Below, in pieces: positions 20,111 through 30,336 of a stretch of DNA of 64,000 nt. Each line of letters starts with the position of its first letter. Positions within the stretch are counted from its first letter, which is position 1. The translations under genes and the position numbers were made by a program. Source of the stretch: Candidatus Dojkabacteria bacterium (lineage in GTDB: Bacteria > Patescibacteriota > Dojkabacteria > JAOAGR01); NCBI GenBank assembly GCA_025999155.1, contig AP026679.1, forward strand, positions 666,561 through 730,560. The letters run 5' to 3'. Below the pieces are notes generated by a model that was given only the letters and a program-made list of their open reading frames with translations, did not search any database and had not been told where the DNA came from.

Positions 20111-20845
20111 TTACTTAACAGATGAAATCAAATGTCTTGTGAAATCAAGTACATTGGTTTTCATGAATTCTATAGGACTTTCATCGTGTCTACAATAAAT
20201 CGATAATTCTGTGTTATGAACAAAATAGTTTGCTATAGATGGGGCGTCGTCTATTTCCTGTTGTGCAATTTGCATTCGTTGATCTAAATTGTTTCTCTGG
20301 GAGTCAAACCTATTCATCAAGGACTGAATACTATCAGGTAGTATAAATAAAATAATGACGTTGGCTATACTGTTACATTGCTGCTTAAGCGCTCTAGCGC
20401 CATTATTCTCTACACTGATTATAGAATTACCTTTTTGTAGGGACTCTACAATGTTTTTTCGAGGAGTGCCATATACATTACCTGCAAAAATATTGTATTC
20501 CAATAAGTCGTATTGCTTTTGAATTCTATGCGCGTAGGATGATATATCCTCATTTGGCAAGGGTTTTTCTGTTATCCATGTATATTCGCTTATATTTTCA
20601 TTGTCACGGGGAGATCTGGATGTTGCTGTGATAACTCTATGATAATATGACTCTAGATGGGTTAAAAATGTGGTTTTTCCACTGCGGGTGGGTCCGGTAA
20701 TGACAAACAAAAAAGGCAAGTTAGCGTTTAATACCAGGTTTTTCTTTCTATTTTTATAAATGCCTGGAAATTCTGTTTCCTCACAAGTTTGTAGAAGATG
20801 CAAGATCTTTTCGTCGATATTACTTAATAATGCCGAAGTTAGCAT
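20111..20845 (-). CDS. gmk: Guanylate kinase-like P-loop kinase
   Basis: 244 aa. P-loop 'GPTRSGKTT', 'TATSRSPR' (GMP-binding TTR.PR motif) and 'GNVYGTPR'. Confidence 0.65.
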   Translation of the reverse strand: MLTSALLSNIDEKILHLLQTCEETEFPGIYKNRKKNLVLNANLPFLFVITGPTRSGKTTFLTHLESYYHRVITATSRSPRDNENISEYTWITEKPLPNEDISSYAHRIQKQYDLLEYNIFAGNVYGTPRKNIVESLQKGNSIISVENNGARALKQQCNSIANVIILFILPDSIQSLMNRFDSQRNNLDQRMQIAQQEIDDAPSIANYFVHNTELSIYCRHDESPIEFMKTNVLDFTRHLISSVK

Positions 20846-20913
20846 GTGCTTTACCTGTAATTTCCTTTTGGATTTTACATTTTAATTATTCAAAAATTTT
20901 TTTACAATAAACC

Positions 20914-22272
20914 ATGTTAGTCAGTATCAATCCAGCAAACGGACAGAAAAGAGCAGAATTTCCCGAATTGTCAGACGAAGAATTGTCATCTAAGCTAGAT
21001 TTAGCAGCTCAGGCCTTTTCAAAATGGAGATTTTCAAGTCTTGATACTCGCAAGGATTTGATGAATAAACTCATACGGAATTTAGATATACACAAAGATT
21101 ACTATTCCAAATTAATTACGACAGAAATGGGCAAACCCATTAGGCAGTCGATTGCTGAGATCGATAAGTGTATAACTATGGCAGAGGTTTACACTAACGA
21201 TATTGATCGTTTCTTACAAGATGAATATGTAAATACGGCCCATAAGGAAAGCTTTATCACATTTGAACCTCTCGGAGCAATACTTGCAGTGATGCCTTGG
21301 AATTTTCCGTTTTGGCAGGTTCTGCGATTTGCCGTGCCAAATGTCCTTTTAGGTAATGTTTGTCTTTTGAAACATGCCTCGAATGTTCAAGGTTGTGCCA
21401 GAGAGTTAGAAAAGCTTTTTGTAGAATCAGGTTTTCCATTAGGCGTATTTCAAAATTTACCAATTACTGCCGCTAAAGTCGAAAAGGTAATAAGGAATCC
21501 TCATGTAAAGGCCGTTACTCTTACAGGAAGTGAAGCTGCTGGAGCAAGTGTTGCTGCGATTGCTGGAAGTGAGATTAAAAAGACCGTTTTGGAGTTAGGT
21601 GGTAGTGATCCTTTTATCGTTCTAGCTGATGCGGATTTAATGCCTGTGTGTCAGAATGCTGTACATGCACGACTCCGAAATGCAGGACAAGCATGTACAT
21701 CAGCAAAAAGGTTTATTGTGGTAAAAGATGTTGTTGAGGAGTTTGCGCTTAATTATGCTAATTACTTCAGAAACGTTGTAGTTGGTGATCCCATGGGTGA
21801 TGTGGATGTTGGACCTTTGGCCTCGGAAGCTGCTTTAAGAGAAGTAGAATTAAAAGTACAGAAAAGTGTAGAAATGGGAGCAAATGTTTTGGTTGGAGGT
21901 AAAAGAATCCAAAGAGAAGGGTTTTACTTCGAGCCAACTATTCTGACTAATGTACGTAAAGGCATGCCTGTGTATGAAGAGGAAATTTTTGGGCCCGTTG
22001 CCTCAATCATTGTTGCAGAAGATGAAGATGATGCAATAAGAATTGCTAATGATACTAAATATGGTTTAGCAGCATCTATCTGGACAAAAGATATTCAAAA
22101 GGCGAAAAATTTAGCACGAAAAATCGAAGCAGGTAGTGTGTATATAAATGCTGTAGTTTCTTCTGATGTACGAATGCCTTTTGGCGGGATAAAAAAATCT
22201 GGTTATGGAAGAGAATTATCTTTATATGGTTTAAGGGAATTTGTGAATATAAAAACTATAATAGTAGAGTAG
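20914..22272 (+). CDS. NAD(P)+-dependent aldehyde dehydrogenase (succinate-semialdehyde dehydrogenase-like)
   Basis: 452 aa. ALDH catalytic Glu motif '[10 protein letters not shown]', catalytic Cys '[12 protein letters not shown]' and a Rossmann 'TLTGSEAAG'. Confidence 0.85.
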   Translation: MLVSINPANGQKRAEFPELSDEELSSKLDLAAQAFSKWRFSSLDTRKDLMNKLIRNLDIHKDYYSKLITTEMGKPIRQSIAEIDKCITMAEVYTNDIDRFLQDEYVNTAHKESFITFEPLGAILAVMPWNFPFWQVLRFAVPNVLLGNVCLLKHASNVQGCARELEKLFVESGFPLGVFQNLPITAAKVEKVIRNPHVKAVTLTGSEAAGASVAAIAGSEIKKTVLELGGSDPFIVLADADLMPVCQNAVHARLRNAGQACTSAKRFIVVKDVVEEFALNYANYFRNVVVGDPMGDVDVGPLASEAALREVELKVQKSVEMGANVLVGGKRIQREGFYFEPTILTNVRKGMPVYEEEIFGPVASIIVAEDEDDAIRIANDTKYGLAASIWTKDIQKAKNLARKIEAGSVYINAVVSSDVRMPFGGIKKSGYGRELSLYGLREFVNIKTIIVE

Positions 22273-22279
22273 TAAGTAT

Positions 22280-22909
22280 TTAAACTGAGTATTGTTTAGC
22301 CAGGTTTGTTAACATGTCATATTTTTTTTGAGGATTTTTTGTATTTGATAGGTAAGATCCCACGTTCAACACTTTGGGTTTATATTCCATAATATGATGG
22401 ATAGTATCGGTTCCTACGTGTCCATCAATGTGGATGGCGACATTACCTAATAACTTTTTGATTTCGGGTATGTATTTTAGATTTGTATCGTCAAATTTAT
22501 TTCCTTGTTTGCCTATTTTTACCGTCATAATCTGAAGATGGCTATACATTTTGAGTATTTCAATATAATCTAAAGGATTCTGATGAATTTGGATGACAGG
22601 TACAATTTTCGGTGAATATTGTTCCAATAGGGAAATAAATTCTACGTGTACATATATCCAATTAATATTACTAAGTTCAACTAATTTTTGTACTTCAAGT
22701 AAGGGGTTTTCACACATGAGATGGATATTTTTAATAATACTTGAGCCGGTTTCATATATAACCTGTTTTAGAGGTGGTGTTTTGGTAGTAGCGTATATAC
22801 CGTCCGATACGTCAATATGCAAGGTATCACAGAAAGTCGAGAACTGCCGTGCTAATCTGGCGTAATCTTCAAGGTTTGTGGAAAAGATTGCTGGTATAAT
22901 TTTGACCAT
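22280..22909 (-). CDS. rpe: Ribulose-phosphate 3-epimerase-like TIM-barrel protein
   Basis: 209 aa. 'IIPAIFSTNLEDYARL....LHIDVSDGIY' matches the Rpe 'I.PSIL.AD...L......D.IH.DVMDG.F' N-terminal signature. Confidence 0.55.
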   Translation of the reverse strand: MVKIIPAIFSTNLEDYARLARQFSTFCDTLHIDVSDGIYATTKTPPLKQVIYETGSSIIKNIHLMCENPLLEVQKLVELSNINWIYVHVEFISLLEQYSPKIVPVIQIHQNPLDYIEILKMYSHLQIMTVKIGKQGNKFDDTNLKYIPEIKKLLGNVAIHIDGHVGTDTIHHIMEYKPKVLNVGSYLSNTKNPQKKYDMLTNLAKQYSV

Positions 22910-23006
22910 TTGTACAATTATCTAAAATCTAAAAGAAAAGAAAATATTTAGCCGGAATTTGTATTGCATCAGCTATAACTAAAAACTAAACTGATATATC
23001 AAAACC

Positions 23007-25346
23007 ATGGCCGATCCTAACATAGAGAAAATTCGTAAATATGTCAGAGCTGCTAACTATATTGCAGCGGCTCAAATTTATTTACAAGCAAATTTTGAGT
23101 TAAAAGAGAGATTGTCGTTTGAACATATTAAACCAAGACTACTTGGGCATTGGGGCACATGTCCTGGTATTAATTTTGTTTACGCGCACTTACAATATTT
23201 TGTCAAGAAGACTCGAGAACATGTTTTATTTGTCAATGGTGTTGGTCATGGATTTCCTGCATTACAAGCAAATTTATTTATAGAAGGTAGTCTTACACAT
23301 TTTTATCCTCATATTTCGCGCGATGCCGTAGGACTTGCTTATATAATACGGAATTTTAGTTGGCCTTATGGTTTTCCAAGTCATTCGAATCCTGCTGCAC
23401 CAGGAGTGATACTTGAAGGCGGTGAATTAGGTTATTCGTTAGCAACAGCATATGGAGCAGCTTTGGATAATCCCGATTTGATTGTTGTTTGCCTTGTTGG
23501 GGATGGAGAAGCTGAGACTGGACCTTTGGCGACATCGTGGCATCTAAATAAATTTGTACATCCGAGAACTAACGGTATTGTTTTACCGATTTTGCATCTA
23601 AATGGTTATAAAATTTCGGGACCTACTATCTTTGGTCGAATGTCTACATCTGAATTACTTTCTTTATTTCAAGGTTATGGTTATGATCCAATATTTGTTG
23701 AAGACATTCCGGGTGATGACATTTACGTTCGCATGATTGAAGCTCTGGATAGGTCTTACTCTAAAATCAAACAAATACGCGAACGTGCTCGATCAGGTCA
23801 AAATGTCGTTGCACCAACTTTTCCGATGATCATACTTAAAACTCCAAAAGGCTGGAGTGGCATTCGATACATAGGTAGTAATAGAATAGAAGGAAATTGT
23901 TTGTCTCATCAGGTAGTTGTCAATAATGCAAAGACCGATATTCAGGAGCTGGAATTGTTAGAGGAATGGTTAGGCGCTTATAGATTTTCAGAATTATTTG
24001 ACTCTGAAAAAGGCTTTATACAAGATATTTTAGATATAATTCCAGATGATGATTTGAAAATTGGTTTGAGCAAGTATGCTCATTTTGATCGGCAGAAAAT
24101 CAAGCTCATGGTCCCTAAAGCTGTGGTATTTAGCGAGGATGCTGCTCAACCAGGGACATTAGGATCTAGTTCTATGCGTCGTACAGGAGAATATTTAAAT
24201 GAAGTAATCAAATTAAATGAATTTAATAGGAATTTTCGTATTTTTTCTCCTGATGAAACGTATTCAAACAAGATAGATAAAGTTTTTGACTTTACGACAA
24301 GAGCTTTTGTGTGGCCAATAATGCCTTGGGATAAAGACATAAGTCAAGATGGCCGTGTAATTGAAATGCTAAGTGAACATGCTTTATTTGGGCTTTTGCA
24401 GGGGTATGTGTTAACAGGTAGGTATGGCGTCTTCATATCGTATGAAGCTTTCGTACAGATTATAAGCAGCATGGCTGATCAATATCTTAAATTTGTTAAA
24501 ATCGCGCGTGAAATACCCTGGCGCCCGTCTTATGCATCTTTGAATATAATCCTGACTTCTTCGGGTTGGCGACAGGATCATAACGGTTTTTCTCATCAGA
24601 ATCCGGGTTTTATCAGCGGCTTATTGGAAAAAAATGATCCTTGTGTGAAATTTTACTTCCCTCCGGATGGAAATACTACGTTACAAGTTCTTGAAAAAGC
24701 TTTAAATCTTGAAAATGGCATCAATGTTATTGTAGCAGGTAAGACTCTTGAGCCGAGATGGCTTACTCCGGAGCTTGCCTATAGACAAGTAGAAGAGGGG
24801 GTGATGATTTGGGATTTTGCTAGTGACGATGATCCTCATTTGGTTTTCTGTGCTATCGGTGATTACATGACAAAAGAAATGATGGCTGCAATTGATTTGA
24901 TCAAGCAAGATTTGCCTTTTGTTCGTATTAGATTTGTGAATATCACTGACTTAACTGTAATAAGACAAAAAAACTTAGACGATTATTTTACGCATGATAA
25001 GCCTGTAATAATAAATTTTCATGGTTATCCTGATAGCATTAAAAAACTTTTGTTCGACTATAAGACGAGTAATAGGTTTGATATTAGAGGATTTGTAGAA
25101 AATGGATCAACGACAACTCCTTTTGACATGCAGGTAAGAAATATGACTTCTCGTTGGCACATAGTCTTATCTGCAGTGGAGAGACTTAGAGATATGCAAA
25201 TTATTTCAGCCAATGAGTTTCAATACATCACCAGCAAATATCATCAGAAGTTGAATTTACATAGGGAGTATATAATCCAAAATGGAGTAGATTTACCAGA
25301 AATCAATGAATGGGAGTGGAGGAAAGATCATGTGGGGTCAGTCTAG
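23007..25346 (+). CDS. xfp: Xylulose-5-phosphate/fructose-6-phosphate phosphoketolase (ThDP-dependent)
   Basis: 779 aa. Conserved 'GHWGTCPGINFVYAHL' and 'EGGELGYSLATAYGA' phosphoketolase signatures. The length is typical. Confidence 0.9.
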   Translation: MADPNIEKIRKYVRAANYIAAAQIYLQANFELKERLSFEHIKPRLLGHWGTCPGINFVYAHLQYFVKKTREHVLFVNGVGHGFPALQANLFIEGSLTHFYPHISRDAVGLAYIIRNFSWPYGFPSHSNPAAPGVILEGGELGYSLATAYGAALDNPDLIVVCLVGDGEAETGPLATSWHLNKFVHPRTNGIVLPILHLNGYKISGPTIFGRMSTSELLSLFQGYGYDPIFVEDIPGDDIYVRMIEALDRSYSKIKQIRERARSGQNVVAPTFPMIILKTPKGWSGIRYIGSNRIEGNCLSHQVVVNNAKTDIQELELLEEWLGAYRFSELFDSEKGFIQDILDIIPDDDLKIGLSKYAHFDRQKIKLMVPKAVVFSEDAAQPGTLGSSSMRRTGEYLNEVIKLNEFNRNFRIFSPDETYSNKIDKVFDFTTRAFVWPIMPWDKDISQDGRVIEMLSEHALFGLLQGYVLTGRYGVFISYEAFVQIISSMADQYLKFVKIAREIPWRPSYASLNIILTSSGWRQDHNGFSHQNPGFISGLLEKNDPCVKFYFPPDGNTTLQVLEKALNLENGINVIVAGKTLEPRWLTPELAYRQVEEGVMIWDFASDDDPHLVFCAIGDYMTKEMMAAIDLIKQDLPFVRIRFVNITDLTVIRQKNLDDYFTHDKPVIINFHGYPDSIKKLLFDYKTSNRFDIRGFVENGSTTTPFDMQVRNMTSRWHIVLSAVERLRDMQIISANEFQYITSKYHQKLNLHREYIIQNGVDLPEINEWEWRKDHVGSV

Positions 25347-25401
25347 GTGATATGGACTAAATGTGAAGCATGTACTTTTCTTATATTCTTGCTTGCAATA
25401 A

Positions 25402-25983
25402 TTAAATTGTGATTAGTGAAGGATTGTGGTTTTGAATTACTATGACTTGATTGTGATTAATGCGTAGGTCATTGAGGGCGTCATTCTTTGGTTTAAAAAA
25501 GTATTTATAGGCAGCAATCATTATTCCGTGATGTGCGATGATACAAATATCTTGTCTAGAATTTTCAATTTCCATAAATAATGGCTTGACCGTGCAATAC
25601 AGCTCTTGATATGAACCTCCTTTTTTGCCTTGATACGTACCTGGGTGTTTGAATTTAAAACGATTTTTTTCTCTTTGTTCTAGTAGTGTTTTCTCAATCT
25701 CGCTTCGATACTTACCTTCCCATGATCCATAGCATACTTCCTGTAATCTATAGTCAATAATTGCTGGTTTTTGTAAGTTTGTGTTGAGAATTTTGAATGT
25801 CTGAAGGACACGTGGCGCTGGGCTAATATAAAACAACTTGATATCAAAGCTTTTCTCTATAAAATCTCTTAATTTTTTAGTTTGTTTGACACCTTTGTCT
25901 GTCAGAGGACTGTTAGAAACTCCTTGAAATCTATCTTCTTTATTATAGACAGTTTGTCCGTGTCTACATATTACAATAGCCAT
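25402..25983 (-). CDS. Histidine phosphatase family protein (phosphoglycerate mutase-like)
   Basis: 193 aa. N-terminal 'IVICRHGQTVYN' RHG catalytic motif. Confidence 0.7.
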   Translation of the reverse strand: MAIVICRHGQTVYNKEDRFQGVSNSPLTDKGVKQTKKLRDFIEKSFDIKLFYISPAPRVLQTFKILNTNLQKPAIIDYRLQEVCYGSWEGKYRSEIEKTLLEQREKNRFKFKHPGTYQGKKGGSYQELYCTVKPLFMEIENSRQDICIIAHHGIMIAAYKYFFKPKNDALNDLRINHNQVIVIQNHNPSLITI

Positions 25984-26063
25984 ATTTGATTATTACAAAA
26001 TAATCACAAAATAAGAATTGATGGGAGAACAAGAATTGTATATATTGGATTGATGTAATTTTT

Positions 26064-27383
26064 TTGAGTATGGCTAAAGTAATGTTTTTTGGATTGGGGG
26101 CTGTTGCTTCGGTAATGGCTACAGCTTGGTATGAACTTTGTGAGAAATACGGTCTAGATAAACCTACTTTTATCTTCATTGTTCGTAATAAAACAAAATC
26201 TATAGAGTACTTGTGGAAATCTCTCAAAGTACTTGAAAGATCGGTTTTTATAGAAATCAGGGATTTTAATAATTTAGAAGCAGAAATATTAGAAAATAAA
26301 GATGCATTTACAGATGTAGACTTATGTATCAATGCATCCTTACCTGATTTCAATGCAACTATCCAAAGAATATCACTAGCTATAGGAGCAAATTATTGTG
26401 ACCTAGCTTCCGACATGTACAATCGTGAGACCTTAGAAACATTGAGTTTCTTGCAATTTCAATATGATGATGAATTTCGTACTAAGAGAATTTTCAGTTT
26501 AATTAATCTTGGCGTATCTCCTGGACTGACAAATTTCTTAGTAGGAGAAAAAATTCTTGCTTGGCAAAAGCTTTCGCCAGCTGTCGATATTAGAAGTGTT
26601 GATATATTTTTACTTGAGGATATAGTTTCCGAAAAAATTATATTTTCCTGGTCGCCTAAAGTTGCTATTGAGGAACTAAAGCAACAACCTCGATATCTAG
26701 AAAAGGGTAATTTATCCTCAATTGAGCCTTTCTCACAATCACAAGATTACCAGTTTTTGTTTAGAAATATTTTGACAACGGAATATCCAATTTTTCAGGA
26801 AGAGGTTTTGTCTTTACACAGGTCATTTCCTAATATTCCGAATATAAAAATATATACAGGAGGAGGTGAGATAGAAATTATAAAAACTTTGTATCAATTG
26901 AATTTATTATCCGAGGCAAATGTGGATTGTGCAGGAAACCAAGCAAGTATTGCTAGAATATTAGACTCTATTTTACCCGGGATTTTGTCTCCTAAACAGG
27001 TGCATGAGATTGTGATGCAAAATCTTATCAAACATGCTCAATTTGCAGCATCAATAGAGCTAGTATTTAGTATTTCAGAAAAAGGTTTCAGTGATAAAGA
27101 TGGATTGATAGTAGAAAAGTTAGGAGTTTATTTTAATGATTATATGCAATTGAAAGATACAAACTACGCAGGTGCGACTTATATATCCTATCCGACTGGA
27201 GTGAGTGCTGCAGTTCTACTTTTTCACACTTATCTTAGTTGGCTAAATTCTAATCACAAGATAGTTGGAGTTATGACATCTGAGGTTATACCTTCCTTGC
27301 TAAATCCAGATTCTATAGAGAATATCAAGAAAGATTTAGTTAGCTACAGATTGATTTTTACTACAGAATTATCTAAAAAATAA
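26064..27383 (+). CDS. Saccharopine dehydrogenase-like NAD(P)-binding oxidoreductase
   Basis: 439 aa. N-terminal Rossmann 'VMFFGLGAVASVMA' and 'NLGVSPGLTNFLV' (the G..PG..N motif of the saccharopine/carboxynorspermidine dehydrogenase family). Confidence 0.45.
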   Translation: MSMAKVMFFGLGAVASVMATAWYELCEKYGLDKPTFIFIVRNKTKSIEYLWKSLKVLERSVFIEIRDFNNLEAEILENKDAFTDVDLCINASLPDFNATIQRISLAIGANYCDLASDMYNRETLETLSFLQFQYDDEFRTKRIFSLINLGVSPGLTNFLVGEKILAWQKLSPAVDIRSVDIFLLEDIVSEKIIFSWSPKVAIEELKQQPRYLEKGNLSSIEPFSQSQDYQFLFRNILTTEYPIFQEEVLSLHRSFPNIPNIKIYTGGGEIEIIKTLYQLNLLSEANVDCAGNQASIARILDSILPGILSPKQVHEIVMQNLIKHAQFAASIELVFSISEKGFSDKDGLIVEKLGVYFNDYMQLKDTNYAGATYISYPTGVSAAVLLFHTYLSWLNSNHKIVGVMTSEVIPSLLNPDSIENIKKDLVSYRLIFTTELSKK

Positions 27384-27417
27384 GTACTTAATTAATTGAC
27401 GAAGGTCAGAATTTGCT

Positions 27418-28374
27418 ATGGATTTTATAGTAAATATATTTTTTATTGCTGTTGGCTTTATTGTTATATGGATTGCTTCTGGTTTTGTGATTAAGGCGAT
27501 AGAGTTCATTTCAGCTAGAAGTAAGATTTCTTCTTTTGCTATCTCATTTTTTGTTTTAGGGCTACTTACCACTGTACCAGAAATAGGAATAATATTTAGT
27601 TCTATAAACGCTGGGAGTCATAGTATAGCCATAGGTAATTTGATTGGAGGAATACTTATCCTACTTTTTATTGTAATTCCTGTATATGCTATTTTATCTA
27701 ATGGTATCGCTCTAAATGAGAATGAGGAAGGAAAAATTTTTAATAGTATTGTATTGGTCATCTTACTGCCTTTCGTCCTAATATACGATAAAGTAGTGAA
27801 TAGTTTTGATGCTTTGATTTTAATTGGAGGTTATGGATTCTTGGTCTATCGTGCTTATGTAAGGCGAGATAAATCTTTGGATGCAGAAATACGTAGATTA
27901 ATGAAGGATAGAGTATCTATATGGGACTATTTAAAGCAAACTCTTTCTATACTTATTGGTATTGCTGTAGTCTTGATCAGTAGTGATTTTCTTATCAATC
28001 ATGCGATAGAACTTGCTGATAATCTTGGTTTTTCAACTTTTTTGTCAGGACTATTGATTTTAGCAATAGGAACTAACCTTCCTGAATTATCGATGATGTT
28101 TCGGGCGATTTTGGATAAGAGACAAGATATAGCTTTAGGGGATTATTTAGGTTCGGCTGTTGTTAATGTTATTCTAATCGCGATGACTGTATTCTTTGGG
28201 GGAGAGGCGAGGTTAGACGGGAATGTAAATGTATTAATAAGCTTTTTTACAATAGCCATCTTAACATTTTTCTTAACTTTTAGGTTAAATAATAAATTAA
28301 GCCGTTTTGAAGGAGTGATTCTAGTTGGGATGTATATTATGTTTCTTACTCTTGAAGTATTTTCTATACGTTGA
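27418..28374 (+). CDS. CaCA-family sodium/calcium exchanger membrane protein
   Basis: 318 aa polytopic. Two alpha-repeat signatures: 'GNLIGGILILLFIV' and 'GTNLPELSMMF....GDYLGSAVVNVILI'. Confidence 0.7.
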   Translation: MDFIVNIFFIAVGFIVIWIASGFVIKAIEFISARSKISSFAISFFVLGLLTTVPEIGIIFSSINAGSHSIAIGNLIGGILILLFIVIPVYAILSNGIALNENEEGKIFNSIVLVILLPFVLIYDKVVNSFDALILIGGYGFLVYRAYVRRDKSLDAEIRRLMKDRVSIWDYLKQTLSILIGIAVVLISSDFLINHAIELADNLGFSTFLSGLLILAIGTNLPELSMMFRAILDKRQDIALGDYLGSAVVNVILIAMTVFFGGEARLDGNVNVLISFFTIAILTFFLTFRLNNKLSRFEGVILVGMYIMFLTLEVFSIR

Positions 28375-28406
28375 GTTGTATTGTCCGTATATGATAAGAT
28401 CTTTGG

Positions 28407-28856
28407 ATGAGTAAGCGTAAGGGACAAAAATCACAACCGAAGAAAAAAACAAATATACAGTTTATATTTGTAGCTATTAGTGGGGCTCTAATACTGTTCT
28501 TGCTTATTGGAATTTTTATTTTGCTTTTCCCAAAAAGTGAAACAAGAGAAATAGTTGTCGTGGATAGTTCGGTAGTGCAAATTGAGAATGGCGTACAAAT
28601 AATAAATATGAAGGCAAAGAATGGTTTTACTCCAAGCGATATTGTCGCATATGCGAATATGCCTACTATACTTCGAGTTCAGACTTCTAATACTATTGAT
28701 TGTTCAAACACTGTTAGAATTCCGAAGCTTGGTATCTCACAGCCTCTGACTTTCAATGGTACAACCGATATAAATATACCACCTGCAGAGAAAGGGCAGG
28801 AGTTAGTCGGGACATGTGGTATGGCGCATTATGTTTTTAAAATTAGATTTATTTAG
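28407..28856 (+). CDS. Hypothetical membrane-anchored protein, possibly a metal-binding partner of the downstream HMA-permease
   Basis: 149 aa. N-terminal basic stretch plus a TM helix. The C-terminal 'GTCGMAHYVFKI' has Cys/Met/His residues clustered. Immediately upstream of, and co-oriented with, the HMA-domain permease. Confidence 0.3.
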   Translation: MSKRKGQKSQPKKKTNIQFIFVAISGALILFLLIGIFILLFPKSETREIVVVDSSVVQIENGVQIINMKAKNGFTPSDIVAYANMPTILRVQTSNTIDCSNTVRIPKLGISQPLTFNGTTDINIPPAEKGQELVGTCGMAHYVFKIRFI

Positions 28857-28871
28857 TACATATTTCACACA

Positions 28872-30122
28872 ATGGGAACTAAATCAATTAATCATAAGAG
28901 CAATACAAAGTGCTATGAGTTTAAAGTACATGGTATGCATTGTGCTTCATGTGAATTAACTGTCGAAAGAGCCATCAAGAAGTTTGAAGGAGTAAGTAAA
29001 GTAGATGCAAATTTGGAAGACCAGACTGTCAAGGTTTATGGATATTTCAATGATGACAGGGCTCATGTAGCTCAAAAATTAACACGATTGTTAGAAGAAT
29101 ATGGGTATTCTCTCGAATCAGCCGGCTCTATACATCATCAGAAATTAAACAAGTTTCAGAATTGGAAGGAATATGTCCTGGCAGGTGGTATTGTTGCTAT
29201 TTTAATGTTCTTGTATTTGGTGTTAGAAAATGCTGGTTTATTTCGTTTAGATCTTGCTACGTTAAATTATACGTATTATTTTGTGATAGGAGTTATCGCT
29301 TCTTTATCTTCATGTGCTGCATTAATTGGTGGTGTTTTGCTGTCCATGTCCGCAAACGAAGTTAAAGAGAATGTACCTATAAGCAACTTACGCTTACAAC
29401 AATTAGTTTTTCATGTTAGTAGGCTTCTCAGTTTTTTTATTCTAGGGGGGGTACTAGGTTTTGTAGGGAGTATTTTGCCTTTTGAGTATATTGTGACGAC
29501 TATTTTGGCTTTACTTATGTCTTCTCTTGCTCATCGTTTTATCCTACGACGAATTAAGAAACTGAAAGATTGGTATTCTGCAGCATTGTACTTTGTTATG
29601 ATTGGTTTATTCTGGTTTGTAAGTATAGGCTTTTTCAACTTGCTTGCTATCGGAATGAATTTGCCTGTTTCAGTTATTGCACAGGCTATCATGATGGTAT
29701 TAATTGCTGGATTTATTGGGATTATGGCGATGAATTTATTAGATTTCTTCGATATAACGAACTACTTTCAGTTAAAATTACCAAAGAGTGTAACAAGAGT
29801 TTTTTTAAAGTCTGAAGAAGTGAATAATCTTGCGGGTCCTGCTCTTTTTGGATTTTTCAGTTTCTTTTTCCCATGTGGTTATACTTTGACTGTGCAGGGT
29901 TTAGCTTTAGAATCAAAATCTTTTCTAGAAGGTGCTATCATGATGTTTATTTTTGCACTAGGGACTTTGCCAGTATTGGCAATAATCAGTTTTTCATCTC
30001 TTAATCTGGGAAGGAATAATAGATATGCTGGGGTGTTTTTCAAAGCTTCCGGGATATTTTTGATAGTATTAGCAGTTACAAATCTTGTTGCTGCTTTTAG
30101 GCTGCTTGGGATATTTTTATGA
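28872..30122 (+). CDS. Heavy-metal-associated (HMA) domain fused to a multi-pass permease (TauE/SafE- or CcdA-like)
   Basis: 416 aa. N-terminal HMA fold with 'GMHCASCELTVERAI' (GMxCxxC). Followed by ~8 hydrophobic helices, including the 'FFFPCGYTL' motif. Confidence 0.55.
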   Translation: MGTKSINHKSNTKCYEFKVHGMHCASCELTVERAIKKFEGVSKVDANLEDQTVKVYGYFNDDRAHVAQKLTRLLEEYGYSLESAGSIHHQKLNKFQNWKEYVLAGGIVAILMFLYLVLENAGLFRLDLATLNYTYYFVIGVIASLSSCAALIGGVLLSMSANEVKENVPISNLRLQQLVFHVSRLLSFFILGGVLGFVGSILPFEYIVTTILALLMSSLAHRFILRRIKKLKDWYSAALYFVMIGLFWFVSIGFFNLLAIGMNLPVSVIAQAIMMVLIAGFIGIMAMNLLDFFDITNYFQLKLPKSVTRVFLKSEEVNNLAGPALFGFFSFFFPCGYTLTVQGLALESKSFLEGAIMMFIFALGTLPVLAIISFSSLNLGRNNRYAGVFFKASGIFLIVLAVTNLVAAFRLLGIFL

Positions 30123-30167
30123 AATAATCAATATTTGCAATCATTCAACTTTTAGAACGAGATAGAA

Positions 30168-30203
30168 ACATTTATCTGTCCTGAAGCCTTTAAAGATAAA
30201 TGT
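30168..30203. promoter_or_regulatory. 10-bp perfect inverted repeat ACATTTATCT-N16-AGATAAATGT downstream of the HMA-permease gene
   Basis: Directly seen in the sequence. Could be a terminator stem or a dimeric regulator operator. It sits between the metal-transport cluster and tRNA-Asn. Confidence 0.25.
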
Positions 30204-30259
30204 ATGTGAAGGCCATTATCTATTAATCAATCGACTGTATTGGTAGATAGTTAATTAAG

Positions 30260-30336
30260 TGGCTCGAGAGGTGGGACTTGAACCCACGACCCAGCGGTTA
30301 ACAGCCGCTCGCTCTACCGACTGAGCTACTCTCGAA
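30260..30336 (-). tRNA. tRNA-Asn (anticodon GTT), CCA encoded
   Basis: The reverse complement folds as a cloverleaf. Acceptor stem TCGAGAG/CTCTCGA. D arm GCTC-AGTCGGT-AGAGC. Anticodon stem AGCGG/CCGCT with loop CTGTTAA. T arm GGGTC-GTGGGTTCAAGTCCCAC. Ends in GCCA. Confidence 0.85.

Noticed and set aside
25964-26353. ORF 25964..26353(-), 129 aa
   Set aside because: It overlaps the 5' third of the saccharopine-dehydrogenase-like gene on the opposite strand, has no motif and low-complexity composition. It is likely non-coding.
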